From Candidatus Obscuribacterales bacterium (GTDB taxonomy: Bacteria; Cyanobacteriota; Vampirovibrionia; Obscuribacterales; Obscuribacteraceae), in contig CBDDIJ010000002.1 of assembly GCA_965228855.1 (NCBI GenBank), positions 1,344,001 through 1,408,000 of the forward strand: DNA of 64,000 nt. Direction: 5' to 3'. The translations under genes and the position numbers were made by a program. Below the pieces are notes generated by a model. That model saw nothing but the letters and a program-made list of their open reading frames with translations, was not told the DNA's origin and did not search any database. The first letter of the stretch is position 1. Every line of letters begins with the position of its first letter. Positions 10,197 to 19,726 of the stretch are shown here, in pieces.

Positions 10197-10316
10197 TTAA
10201 GCACCTATGGTGGGCTTTTTGATGATGCCCTCGGTCTCCAACTGATTGATGATGCGGAGCGCTGGAGCCAATACTGGCAGGTCGTCTACGGAATGTTTGT
10301 GAGGTTCGGGGTCCAT
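10197..10316 (-). pseudogene. Probable truncated nucleotidyltransferase-like gene
   Basis: 39-aa ORF MDPEPHKHSVDDLPVLAPALRIINQLETEGIIKKPTIGA stops where a minimal-NTase IGG motif would begin. Family resemblance is recalled, not searched. Confidence 0.4.
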
Positions 10317-10554
10317 TTTCCGAATTTCATTTCGCTCTGACTAAAGGATACTCTAGCATTGCTGTCTAATGTTCATCTTAGCTGGAAAATAGCGGTAATT
10401 GTCTAGAAATCTCCTAAACAGCTTTTCGGTTGGAACTTTACCAATTGTGGTCCTGGCTATCTGTCGGGGCCACTAGCCGTTCAACCTCTTGCTCAGAAGT
10501 GTTAATTCGTTCTTCGCTGATAAGACTTCCCATCCGATCCAAGGGGCGAGACGT

Positions 10555-11268
10555 CTACTTTATTAGCGGCTTCTTGAAACTGTAGTCCAGAAGCGAAGAT
10601 TCGCTCTCCAGCGGTCCGGACTTTGCGGCGGTTTTAACCAAGCCTATCCAGGGAGCGTACCAGTAGGTCATGTTGATTGGCTGTCCGCCTTGTGTTCCAG
10701 TGACCGAGACTTTCATCGCTGAAAACTTTCCGGCTGGAGTAACGACCTCTTCCGGACCTGAAACGACTGATGTATTGTCAATCTCGACGCCCATGTTGCC
10801 TTTGCCTTTGAAAGGCCAGGTATCGTCTTTCTTCGGTGGATTGGTCAGCAGCACGCGTTCCGGATCGTACTGAACCAGCATGGTCGCCTCGTCCCCGAAT
10901 TGCTCTTTGAACCAAACGACCTTGCCTTTTTGTTTGATGTACCACTCGTGAATGGTCTTCGTCATCGACGGGCTCGTCGTGTCAATCTTCCAGTGGACGG
11001 ATTGATCTGGCTGTTTCTCTTCGGCAACGACTTGCAGTTTGAAATCGTCGGGTTTCTTTTCGATTGGGTTGCCGTTCAGTTTGTAAGTCGTGTAGGTGTA
11101 CTTCCACCACCAATCGATTTTGTTTCCTTTTGCGTCGTAGAGGCGAACTGGAAAGTAGTCCGGCGGTGGCGGTTCTTTCTTCGGCGCTGCTTTGGTCGCG
11201 GCGTCCGCGGCGCCGAGAGTTGAGAGAAGGGCGAGTGTACCGACTGAAAGGAGAAGGTTTTTGATCAT
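10555..11268 (-). CDS. Secreted beta-rich protein (DUF3108-like)
   Basis: Signal peptide, DYFP, EEVVTPAGKFSAMKV, YWYAPWIGLVK. Confidence 0.65.
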   Translation of the reverse strand: MIKNLLLSVGTLALLSTLGAADAATKAAPKKEPPPPDYFPVRLYDAKGNKIDWWWKYTYTTYKLNGNPIEKKPDDFKLQVVAEEKQPDQSVHWKIDTTSPSMTKTIHEWYIKQKGKVVWFKEQFGDEATMLVQYDPERVLLTNPPKKDDTWPFKGKGNMGVEIDNTSVVSGPEEVVTPAGKFSAMKVSVTGTQGGQPINMTYWYAPWIGLVKTAAKSGPLESESSLLDYSFKKPLIK

Positions 11269-11709
11269 TACGACGCCACCTGAATTGAAAACACCGGATG
11301 TAATTTTAGAGCTTGGCGAAACAGGATGACCAGCGGAGGAGATTAATAAACGCTCCGCGTTAAAAAGGGAGCCAAGCTGAGCGTTTCATATGATGGCTTT
11401 TGAACGCTGAGGGTGTACGATGAGGATGTGTAATTTATGGTCAATTAGCATGAGTGATCTATCCAAGTTTAGAGGAAATCTGCGGCTGAGCTATCTAGAG
11501 TTTTTGGGGATGATTCCAATTATTGACTCTAAGTCTCCAAGTCGATCCGTCAACTCATGCGCACTACTGGGCTCCGTTCATAGCAATGGTGACTTAGACG
11601 CTACCAGTAGTGAATTGGCGATAGAGTTTGACGATGCAATCAATGAAAGCGCGAACTTGCTTCTGAGTAGCTAAAGCTTGCGAACAACATTGAAACTAAA
11701 ACCTCGGAT

Positions 11710-12957
11710 TTAGCCATGACTTGCGATTGGAACGGCAGGTTCTAGAGGGGTTTCGTTGCCGTAATGGAAAGCGTCGAGACCAATTTGTTGCTCTTCTTCG
11801 GTCACAGTGAAGTGGAAGATTTTATCGACGACCTTCGCAATCACATAGGTGGAGACGAATGTGAAGGCCCCAACTGCCGCAACAGTCACCAACTGGGCGT
11901 AGAGAAGACTCCAGTTTCCATGAATCGCGCCGTCTACACCGGCCGGGTTCACTGATTTGCTGGCGAAAATTCCGGTGGCGACTGCGCCCCAGGCACCGCC
12001 CATACCGTGGCAGGCACCTACATCTAGAGGATCTTGTATCTTCAGTTTTCCGGCCAGTTTAATTGACGAATAGGAAACAAACGCTCCTATTACACCAATG
12101 ATTATCGAAGATGGGATGTCGACGAAGCCGCATGCCGGCGTGATTGCAATCAATCCAACGACGGCTCCGGTTGCGGCGCCGACTGCTCCAGGTTCACCAT
12201 CCATGGTGCTCAAAACCATCCAGGTCAATGCGGCGGCCGCTGCGGCGAGGTTGGTGGTGACCAGTGCTTGAGCCGCGATGCCGTTTGCAGCAAGTGCGCT
12301 TCCACCATTGAAACCGAACCATCCGAACCAGAGTAAGACGGCGCCAAATAGTGTGAGGGGAACGCTAACCGGCATGAATCGACCGTCTACGGCTCTAGGT
12401 TTCTTTCTCAGAGCTAAACAAATTGCCAGTGCCGCGACACCTGATGTGATGTGAACAACCGTCCCACCCGCGAAGTCGATCGAACCAATCGCGCGCAACC
12501 AGCCGCCTTCGCCCCATACCCAGTGAGCTACCGGATCGTAAACGAGTGTAGTCCAAATCAAAGCAAAGACAATGAATGCGCTGAATCGAACTCGATCAAC
12601 AAAAACTCCCGTTATAAGAGCCGGAGTGATGATCGCGAACTTCATCTGGAAAAGCATGAAGGCAAGGTGCGGAATGTTCGACGCATATGTGCCGGCTGCC
12701 TGTCCGACTCCGGATAACGCGAACCACTGTAGCCCGCCGATAAAGTGTCCGATGTCGGGACCGAATGACAGTGAGTAACCGACGAGAACCCACTGAACAG
12801 TGACTACTAGCAAGGCTGCGAAACTCAGCATGATTGTCGACAGCAAGTTCTTCCGTTCGACCATGCCACCATAAAACAACCCGATCGCTGGCGTCATAAG
12901 CATCACCAGGGATGAGGAAACGAGTACCCAAGCCGTGTCGCCAGCGTTCAAATTCAT
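11710..12957 (-). CDS. amtB: Ammonium transporter
   Basis: FQMKFAIITPAL, DFAGGTVVH, LWFGWFGFNGGS, DPLDVGACHG. GGAG Shine-Dalgarno. Confidence 0.97.
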   Translation of the reverse strand: MNLNAGDTAWVLVSSSLVMLMTPAIGLFYGGMVERKNLLSTIMLSFAALLVVTVQWVLVGYSLSFGPDIGHFIGGLQWFALSGVGQAAGTYASNIPHLAFMLFQMKFAIITPALITGVFVDRVRFSAFIVFALIWTTLVYDPVAHWVWGEGGWLRAIGSIDFAGGTVVHITSGVAALAICLALRKKPRAVDGRFMPVSVPLTLFGAVLLWFGWFGFNGGSALAANGIAAQALVTTNLAAAAAALTWMVLSTMDGEPGAVGAATGAVVGLIAITPACGFVDIPSSIIIGVIGAFVSYSSIKLAGKLKIQDPLDVGACHGMGGAWGAVATGIFASKSVNPAGVDGAIHGNWSLLYAQLVTVAAVGAFTFVSTYVIAKVVDKIFHFTVTEEEQQIGLDAFHYGNETPLEPAVPIASHG

Positions 12958-12968
12958 TACTGATCTCC

Positions 12969-13011
12969 AAAAAGGACAAAACCCCGGGACTGGAATGACG
13001 TCCAGCCGGAG
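12969..13011 (-). terminator. Terminator-like hairpin in the amtB leader
   Basis: Minus strand CTCCGG-CTGGA cgtcat TCCAG-tc-CCGGGG followed by TTTTGTCCTTTTT, immediately before the GGAG RBS. Confidence 0.5.
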
Positions 13012-13104
13012 CTGTTTGCGGTTTGAAAGGATATTAGCAGCATCCCGGCCGCATGGGAATCAATTATTAAGGAAACCTTGCGGTGTGTGAATCAAACCAT
13101 CTAT

Positions 13105-14568
13105 TTACTTGTCGTTTTTAGAAACGCCGAGAAGTTGGTTTAAGAAGCCTTTGCGTTTGCCGCTTGATTGTTGGGTCTCTGATGAACTCGTTTCTGAAAC
13201 GGATTCAGTTGGTGCTTTGGATTTGCTTATGAGCTTAACAACGCGAACGTTTAAAACGGGGTTCGCCGGCAGAAGTCCTTTGTGTTCGAACTTCAATAGC
13301 AGCTTGTTGAGGGGACCTTTGAACGTGGGCTCGTTTCCGACGTGAGTTAAACGAAGCACTGTGCAATGTTGTCCTGGGTCATACTGTTTTGAAACTTCTG
13401 AGGTGGTGCTGAAGTTGAAATCAGAAGAACCGCTTGTCCAGCCTGTCGCAAGAGAGCCGCCGAAGTTGCCGGACACCGCAATCCAGAGTTCCAACACCTC
13501 GTCCATTGGGATGTCGTTCATCTTCAGTTCAAGTGCAATTTCTTTGGAACCTGCTCCCGGAGTCAGCTTCAAACCATCTGCTGAGAGGTTGGTGATGGAT
13601 GCACCCTCGAGATTTGCAATTCGGGCTTTCAACGACTCGGAATCGGAGGCTGTGAAATCGATGTTCATACCGCCTGTTGCGCGGGAAGTTTCATATCCCA
13701 TCTCTGTCAGAATGTCGAACAGGATTTCATCGAAGATGTTCAAAACCTCTTGGTCCAGAGGTTCGCGTTTCCACCTCGCGATCGATTGCTCTATGGAACC
13801 CGAGGTGCGGTGGTCCGAGAACGAGTTTTCATCCTTAAGTGGAGAGATTTGCATTCCTGTATGAGAAACCAAATCGGATAGTGTTGATACCGGATTCAGT
13901 GCCAGGTCTTCGTATTTTGTGCAACTGGTTTTACCGCCCAGAGCTTTGAAGACGCGATAGTTTTCAAACCGCTGCAAGAACTTGAATGCAAGCGTGATTG
14001 CATGATCGCGGTCCGAGTCCTGTTGGGTTCTTCCGAATGCCAGATAGCCACGTTTTGAATTGAATTTGTTTGCGGAAATAAACAGGTCTCGCGGGTCTCT
14101 GAACATATAGATCGCGTAGGTATCGATGTACGGAGCCAGGAACGAGGGCAGCCACTCGACGGTTTTCTCACCATAAAATCGCGCGTTTGGTTTTCCAACC
14201 CGCGCTGCCGCCGTGAACTGTTTCCACATCGAAAGTAGAACGTCTCCGCTTTGCGGGATGTTCAGCAGTTTCGCCGCAGATCCAGTTCCTGCATCCTGCT
14301 CGACCGTATTGCGAAGAACGATTGGATTGTTGCCTAGAACGCTTTGATAAGCCGATGCTGTTTGACCGTAATCCGCAAATGTCCAGCCTTGCCATTGCGC
14401 CGCAAAATGAGTGATCAAGCTCAGGTATCTACTTTCGAGTGGATAAACTTGATCGAACACGCAGGTTTGGTCGGTGCCCAAAAGCTGCATGGCGAGCGTC
14501 GAGCCGGAGCGTCCCATTCCGGAGACGAGAATCGGCGTCAGTAACTCTGGTGTTTCTTGAAGTGGCAT
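13105..14568 (-). CDS. Sulfotransferase family protein with an extra C-terminal beta domain
   Basis: GMGRSGST, YGEKT, FRDPRDLFIS, KYEDL, SIARWK. About 190-aa C-terminal extension. Confidence 0.8.
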   Translation of the reverse strand: MPLQETPELLTPILVSGMGRSGSTLAMQLLGTDQTCVFDQVYPLESRYLSLITHFAAQWQGWTFADYGQTASAYQSVLGNNPIVLRNTVEQDAGTGSAAKLLNIPQSGDVLLSMWKQFTAAARVGKPNARFYGEKTVEWLPSFLAPYIDTYAIYMFRDPRDLFISANKFNSKRGYLAFGRTQQDSDRDHAITLAFKFLQRFENYRVFKALGGKTSCTKYEDLALNPVSTLSDLVSHTGMQISPLKDENSFSDHRTSGSIEQSIARWKREPLDQEVLNIFDEILFDILTEMGYETSRATGGMNIDFTASDSESLKARIANLEGASITNLSADGLKLTPGAGSKEIALELKMNDIPMDEVLELWIAVSGNFGGSLATGWTSGSSDFNFSTTSEVSKQYDPGQHCTVLRLTHVGNEPTFKGPLNKLLLKFEHKGLLPANPVLNVRVVKLISKSKAPTESVSETSSSETQQSSGKRKGFLNQLLGVSKNDK

Positions 14569-14737
14569 AAAGCGCTAACAGACTGCCTTGCGAGGGTTGA
14601 TGACAAGATACGATCCTAACATTAGAGCAGACGGACTTTATGATTGCGGGCTCAGGAACGCGCTTGGGGCGAGCGCGGTCCTGACGAAAGCGGAACGTTC
14701 ACCCGTTTTCGCTCAAAGCTGTTGCACCTGGCATGCC

Positions 14738-14782
14738 AAGAATAAACCCGCCCAGATGGCTTCTGCCAGAATTGGGCGGGTT
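14738..14782 (-). terminator. Intrinsic terminator
   Basis: AACCCGCCCA/TGGGCGGGTT stem with an inner TGGC/GCCA stem, followed by TATTCTT on the minus strand, downstream of 14844..15497. Confidence 0.65.
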
Positions 14783-14843
14783 CCAGTTCACACATTTGAG
14801 TAATCAGACTTCCGGCTGTTTCCAGCGTTGAAACGATTGAAGA

Positions 14844-15497
14844 CTACTCAGATTTTGTCTCTTCTGTTTTGGTTTCTTCGGTCTTAGCTGCGTCATCGCC
14901 TTTAGCCGCGTCGTCGGTCTTGGCTGCATCGTCAGTCTTTGCTGCATCATCGCCAGCGCCGTCTTTCTTCATTTTCGACTTGTCGATGGCAGCAACTTGT
15001 TTGACTTTGTCCGATTTGGGCTCAACTAAGATGAATTCGCCGACGAAGGTTTCACCAGCATCGTATTTCTCGATGCCGACGTCGGTGTTCTTCGCGTCAT
15101 CAGCTCTCAAGGTGGGCTCGCTAGCTGCCGTGGGAAGCATTTTCTTAAGCGTATCGAGTGCTTGTTCTTTGGTGATCGGCTCTACATAGATCGCTTCTAG
15201 TCTGAAGCAGTTGCCGTCTTTGCATTGAGCTGAGAACTGACCGCCCTTGCTGTCTTTGGTGCGGCTCAAGTAAACATTTCTGCCGCCTGCTTTTGCTGCG
15301 GGTGCTTCGTCGAGTACGAATGTCAGAACAGCATCTTTGATGATGCTCTCCGGAACTCCGACTTTGAGGCCTTCGACGTTGACGGTACCTTGTTTTTGAA
15401 CTCCGGTACCCTCTCCGCCACCGCAGCTCTGCGGTAACAAACAAGTGAGTGCCAGTGCTAGGTACAACATCGGACGGCCAATGCGTGCAGGTATCAT
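14844..15497 (-). CDS. Putative lipoprotein with an acidic repetitive tail
   Basis: Hydrophobic N-terminus then QSC-GGG (weak lipobox). C-terminal repeats. Confidence 0.65.
   Translation of the reverse strand: MIPARIGRPMLYLALALTCLLPQSCGGGEGTGVQKQGTVNVEGLKVGVPESIIKDAVLTFVLDEAPAAKAGGRNVYLSRTKDSKGGQFSAQCKDGNCFRLEAIYVEPITKEQALDTLKKMLPTAASEPTLRADDAKNTDVGIEKYDAGETFVGEFILVEPKSDKVKQVAAIDKSKMKKDGAGDDAAKTDDAAKTDDAAKGDDAAKTEETKTEETKSE
14853..14954 (-). repeat. Coding tandem repeats: 4x (T/G)DDAAK and 2x TEETK
   Basis: Visible in the translation as 18-nt and 15-nt degenerate units. Confidence 0.85.
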
Positions 15498-15635
15498 TGC
15501 AAATCTCCATTCTCTAGTAACCGGAGGGCAGTTTAGCGCACAGAATGCTCCTGCTGCAAGGTAATATCGGAAGGTAACTTAAGTCTATTTAACGGCTTGG
15601 AATGCTGAGATCGAGTGATTTCATCTGCGCGGATT

Positions 15636-16718
15636 TCAATTCATCTTCGAGCCGAGTCGCTGTAAGACATTGCGGACAGCGCTGCTTGCTCTGGTAACGG
15701 GACTGTTTACAAGATTAGAGAGTTTTTCTTCGTTGGCGAAAAGCTCCGATTCAATGTCCTTTACCAGAGACTCGGTTCGCAGTTTCTCAGAGGTTAGTCG
15801 TTTAAGGGACAGCATAGATGCATATCTGATGGCTTTCAAAATACGGGCCATGGTTTCCGGATCGTAGCTATCGACGTTCGTTAAGTCCGACGAATCCGGC
15901 TCTCTGAGACCTTCGTCATCAACCATCGAATAGACCCATGGGCTAATAGTCTCGATCATTCGCTCCCAGTACTTCTCTCGCGTCACGCCTCTTTGCTCGA
16001 GGAACTCTTGATACTTATCACCGAGATAACCGAGGTCGACAATAAAGTTCATCGAGCGCATGTTGCGCCTGGTCGCGCTTCCTTCGTGGCGCCGGAATGA
16101 GCAAAGTGGTGTAGTCGAATAGAAGAGTTTTCCGTTCTCCAGCAGTCTATACCAGTATTCAACATCGCCATAGTGAAACAGAATGGTATCGAATCCGGTG
16201 CTGCGAAATTTCGTAGGGAAGGATACGCAACTGGGCTCGCCAACCCAATTGCAATAGCGAGTCAGGTTGGACTCAATAACCTCATCACCAGAGATGAGCT
16301 TGTCTTCGTCAAATTCACCCAGGACTTCAACCAGTTGGCCGCTATCACTGATGATGTTGCGAGAGCAGGTGACCATAGCTACTTCGGGATGCCGATCGTA
16401 AACCGCAAGGTGAGCTTCCAGCGAGGTCGGCATGAACAAATCATCTTGAGCGAACAGTTTTACATACTCGCCCGAGGCACGTTCTATGCAAGCGTTGTAG
16501 TTTGCGAATAGACCGAGATTTGTTGGGTTTTTCCAAACCACAATGCGACTGTCACGCTTTGCGAGTTCCTCCGCGATTGCTAGAGAATCGTCGGTGGAGC
16601 AATCGTCGGCGATAAGCAGCTCAAAGTCTTTATGTGTCTGCGCGAGGACTGTTTCAATGGCTGCTCGGAGAAATCGACGACCGTTGAAAACTGGCAGGCA
16701 AACTGAGACTTTAGCCAT
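15636..16718 (-). CDS. Glycosyltransferase family 2 with a C-terminal coiled coil
   Basis: VSVCLPVFNG, IADDCSTD, FAQDD, GEPS. ATG 16718 immediately follows the cysNC stop. Confidence 0.9.
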   Translation of the reverse strand: MAKVSVCLPVFNGRRFLRAAIETVLAQTHKDFELLIADDCSTDDSLAIAEELAKRDSRIVVWKNPTNLGLFANYNACIERASGEYVKLFAQDDLFMPTSLEAHLAVYDRHPEVAMVTCSRNIISDSGQLVEVLGEFDEDKLISGDEVIESNLTRYCNWVGEPSCVSFPTKFRSTGFDTILFHYGDVEYWYRLLENGKLFYSTTPLCSFRRHEGSATRRNMRSMNFIVDLGYLGDKYQEFLEQRGVTREKYWERMIETISPWVYSMVDDEGLREPDSSDLTNVDSYDPETMARILKAIRYASMLSLKRLTSEKLRTESLVKDIESELFANEEKLSNLVNSPVTRASSAVRNVLQRLGSKMN

Positions 16719-16719
16719 C

Positions 16720-18630
16720 TTAGCGAACTGGCGCTTCCTGCGGTGCCACGGCCGCAACTTTAACATCGCCTTTGACGATGCCATTCTCCACCAGAAGATC
16801 GATGACCGCGGTCACTTCTTCACGAGTGGTCATCTTACTGGAATCGAGACGCAATGCCGGATTTGCAGGAGGCTGATACGGAGAGCTCATGCCTGTAAGG
16901 TTCGAAACTTGACCGGTGGTGACCTTTTTGTACAGTCCCTTTGGATCGCGGCTCTTGCAGACTTCGAGCGGGCAGAACATGAAGATCTCGTTGAAGTCTG
17001 CATCTCCTATCGTCTTGCGAGCTTGCTCCCGGTCTTGCTGGAAGGGCGAGATTGCTGCGACGACTGTGATGAAGCCTGTCTCAAGGAAGACCTTTGCCAG
17101 ATGCGAGATGCGGCGGATGTTTTCCGTTCTATCCTCAGGCGAGAAACCAAGATCGGCGTTCAAACCGGTTCTCAAATTGTCGCCGTCGAGAACGACAACT
17201 TTATATCCAGAATTGAACAGATAGTTTTCCAGTGATTTTGCAAGTGTGCTTTTGCCTGCGCCGGAGAGACCGGTGAGCCAGAGCACGGTGCCTTTGTGCC
17301 CGTTCTGCTCTTCACGTTGAGCGCGCTCTACGTATCCTTGTTCCCAAACAACGTTCGGGTCGGCGATCGGTGTTTCAACCTTGCGACCGGACTTGTGATT
17401 TACGACACCGGCTGCGACTGTTTCATACTTGCTGCAAATGACCAGTTTGTTGAGATTGGCTGAGGCCAGCGTTCTATCGAATGCGATTTGACGCTCGGCG
17501 GTGATTTTGACGTCGGTAATGTCACCGTTGTTAAGCACCGTAACTGGTGCTTTGTTAGCACCGGGTTTGGTGACAACTTCAACGCGGCATTTAACTTCGT
17601 TGGTTCCAATCTTCAGAAGGTATTCATTGTCGGGATTGAAAGGTTCTGCCGCAAGCCAGACGACGCGAGCGCTGAGCTCCGTTTCAACCTCTGGAACTTC
17701 TTTCGTTGATGAAATAACTTCGCCGCGTTCGACGAAGATTTGCTCCGACAAGCAAAGCGAAATCGACTCGCCTTTGAAGGCTTTTTGTCTTGTGCCCTGT
17801 GGAAAGGTTTCGATTGACGACACTGTTGAAACCTTGCCGGATGGGGAGAAGAACACTTCGGTCCCAACTGCGATTTCACCGGACATTACGCGACCAGCGA
17901 AGTAACGTTTATCGTTGAATTTGTAGACATCCTGGAGGACCATTCTGAATGGTTCGCTTCCGGTCGTGAAGTCGAGGGTCTCTTCTTTCACTTTCAGGAT
18001 GAACGGCAGGAGCGGAAGTCCGTTGTACCAGGACATATTTTCGCTGGGTTTGGTGATGTTTTCGCCGAGCAACGCGGAGATCGGTACAACCTTCAAACAC
18101 TTCAGACCTTCGCCATCAGCCAGGTCTGCGAGGTCTGCCGCGAGCTTGTTGAAAACACTTTCGTCGTATCCAATCTTGTCGAGTTTATTAACCACGATAA
18201 TTACTTCGCGGATACCGAGGATTGAGAGCACTTTCAAGTGGCGGCTGGTTTGAGCGCGAATGCCCTCGACGCAGTCAACCATGACGATACCTTGTTGCGC
18301 TTCCGAAGCGCCGCTCGTCATGTTTTTCAAAAACTCAATGTGACCGGGAGCATCGATAAGCAGGAAGCGGTGACCGTCAAATTCGAAGTTGACGCGAGTG
18401 GTATCAATACTGATACCTTGCTCCTGTTCTTCCTGCAGTGCATCGAAGAAGAATGCCGGTTCAAACGGAACGCGCTTCTCTTCGCAGGTTTTGCGAACAT
18501 GCTCGACTTTGTCGGCTGGAATTTTTCCCGTGTCGAGAAGAATTCTGCCGAGAAGCGTCGATTTACCGTGGTCGACGTGACCAACTACGACGATTTTTTT
18601 GACATCAGGTTCGCTGTAAACTTCAACCAT
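16720..18630 (-). CDS. cysNC: Bifunctional sulfate adenylyltransferase large subunit / APS kinase
   Basis: GTPase motifs GHVDHGKST, DAPGH, NKLD. C-terminal kinase motifs WLTGLSGAGKST, LDGDNLR, RDPKGLY. Confidence 0.96.
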   Translation of the reverse strand: MVEVYSEPDVKKIVVVGHVDHGKSTLLGRILLDTGKIPADKVEHVRKTCEEKRVPFEPAFFFDALQEEQEQGISIDTTRVNFEFDGHRFLLIDAPGHIEFLKNMTSGASEAQQGIVMVDCVEGIRAQTSRHLKVLSILGIREVIIVVNKLDKIGYDESVFNKLAADLADLADGEGLKCLKVVPISALLGENITKPSENMSWYNGLPLLPFILKVKEETLDFTTGSEPFRMVLQDVYKFNDKRYFAGRVMSGEIAVGTEVFFSPSGKVSTVSSIETFPQGTRQKAFKGESISLCLSEQIFVERGEVISSTKEVPEVETELSARVVWLAAEPFNPDNEYLLKIGTNEVKCRVEVVTKPGANKAPVTVLNNGDITDVKITAERQIAFDRTLASANLNKLVICSKYETVAAGVVNHKSGRKVETPIADPNVVWEQGYVERAQREEQNGHKGTVLWLTGLSGAGKSTLAKSLENYLFNSGYKVVVLDGDNLRTGLNADLGFSPEDRTENIRRISHLAKVFLETGFITVVAAISPFQQDREQARKTIGDADFNEIFMFCPLEVCKSRDPKGLYKKVTTGQVSNLTGMSSPYQPPANPALRLDSSKMTTREEVTAVIDLLVENGIVKGDVKVAAVAPQEAPVR

Positions 18631-18672
18631 GGGATCTCCAGACCTTCTTGACCAATAGACCAGAATAAAAAC

Positions 18673-19479
18673 TTACATATATCCGTCTTTACGCAACTTC
18701 TGCATTGCGTAAGTATCTTCTCTATCCTGAGCTCGTCCAGCTCGTTCGGTCGTTTCAGTGGTGCGCAACTCGGTGATGATGTCATCGAGATTTTTCGCAC
18801 ACGATTCAATACTCGAGGTACAGGGCGCGCAGCCGAGACTGCGATAGCGTCTGCCTTCTCCGTTGTCGAAATACAACGGCATAATGTCTAGATTTTCACG
18901 TTGGATGTAATCCCAGATGTCGGTTTCCGTCCAATGCAGGATGGGATGCACTCTTACATGGACATCGTCCGGTACGTGCAAATTGTAGTAGTGCCACATT
19001 TCAGCGGGTTGGTTTTTATATGACCATTCCGAGTTGCTCGAACGAGGCGACACAACACGCTCTTTACCGCGCGAACCTTCTTCGTCGCGACGGATACCGA
19101 GCATGAGACCACCGAGCTTATGCTCTTTGACTGTGTCCAGGAGCGCCTGGGTTTTCAAAGCGCCGCAGCAAACCAATCTGCCTTTATCCGGTCCCATGCC
19201 GTCGGCCAGAGCTTGTTTGTTCTGTCCTACGATCAATTTAAGATTGTGTTTTTTCGCGTATTCGTCACGCCAGGTGATCATCTCCGGAATTTTGTAACTC
19301 GTATCGATATGTACGAGTTGCATCGGCACCTGACCGAGGAATGCTTTCCGAACCAGATGAAGCAAGACCGTGGAGTCCTTGCCCATGGACCAGAGCAGTG
19401 CGAGGTTTTTTGTTTTGTTAAAGGCTTCGCGAATTATGAATACGCTTTCATTCTCGAGCCAATCTAAGTAAGAACTCAT
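18673..19479 (-). CDS. cysD: Sulfate adenylyltransferase small subunit
   Basis: WSMGKDS, LKTQAL, GIRRDEEGSRGKER, YRSLGC, terminal KDGYM. Confidence 0.96.
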   Translation of the reverse strand: MSSYLDWLENESVFIIREAFNKTKNLALLWSMGKDSTVLLHLVRKAFLGQVPMQLVHIDTSYKIPEMITWRDEYAKKHNLKLIVGQNKQALADGMGPDKGRLVCCGALKTQALLDTVKEHKLGGLMLGIRRDEEGSRGKERVVSPRSSNSEWSYKNQPAEMWHYYNLHVPDDVHVRVHPILHWTETDIWDYIQRENLDIMPLYFDNGEGRRYRSLGCAPCTSSIESCAKNLDDIITELRTTETTERAGRAQDREDTYAMQKLRKDGYM

Positions 19480-19726
19480 CTAGTTGTCCAGCGCGAAACG
19501 CAGTAGGGATGACCTTATTGGGAGGAACTATTATTCGCACTGGATTATACAGGAGCGTGCCAAGTGCTTACTTGAAGTTGCATTCAGGTTGTAATACAGA
19601 AGTCGCTCGGCGACTGTCCGGAAAGAGTCGAAGCTCCACCCCTGCCGGTTTTGTGGGAGCGAGCGCTTTAGTTAGCATATTTCTTAAAGGGTATATCTTC
19701 AGCAGAAAAGTCGATTGGAGATGAGA

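Noticed and set aside
11420..11674. 84-aa intergenic ORF
   Set aside because: No motif or clear RBS. A small protein cannot be excluded but is unsupported.
14853..14954. Repeats as a CRISPR array or mobile-element ends
   Set aside because: They are in-frame, degenerate coding repeats with no spacers and no cas or transposase genes.
16543..17235. 230-aa plus-strand ORF
   Set aside because: Antisense to cysNC and the GT2, with no recognisable features.
19590..19726. Second Rrf2 operator upstream of cysD
   Set aside because: Only a half-site (AAAGTCGA) and short dyads with the wrong spacing.
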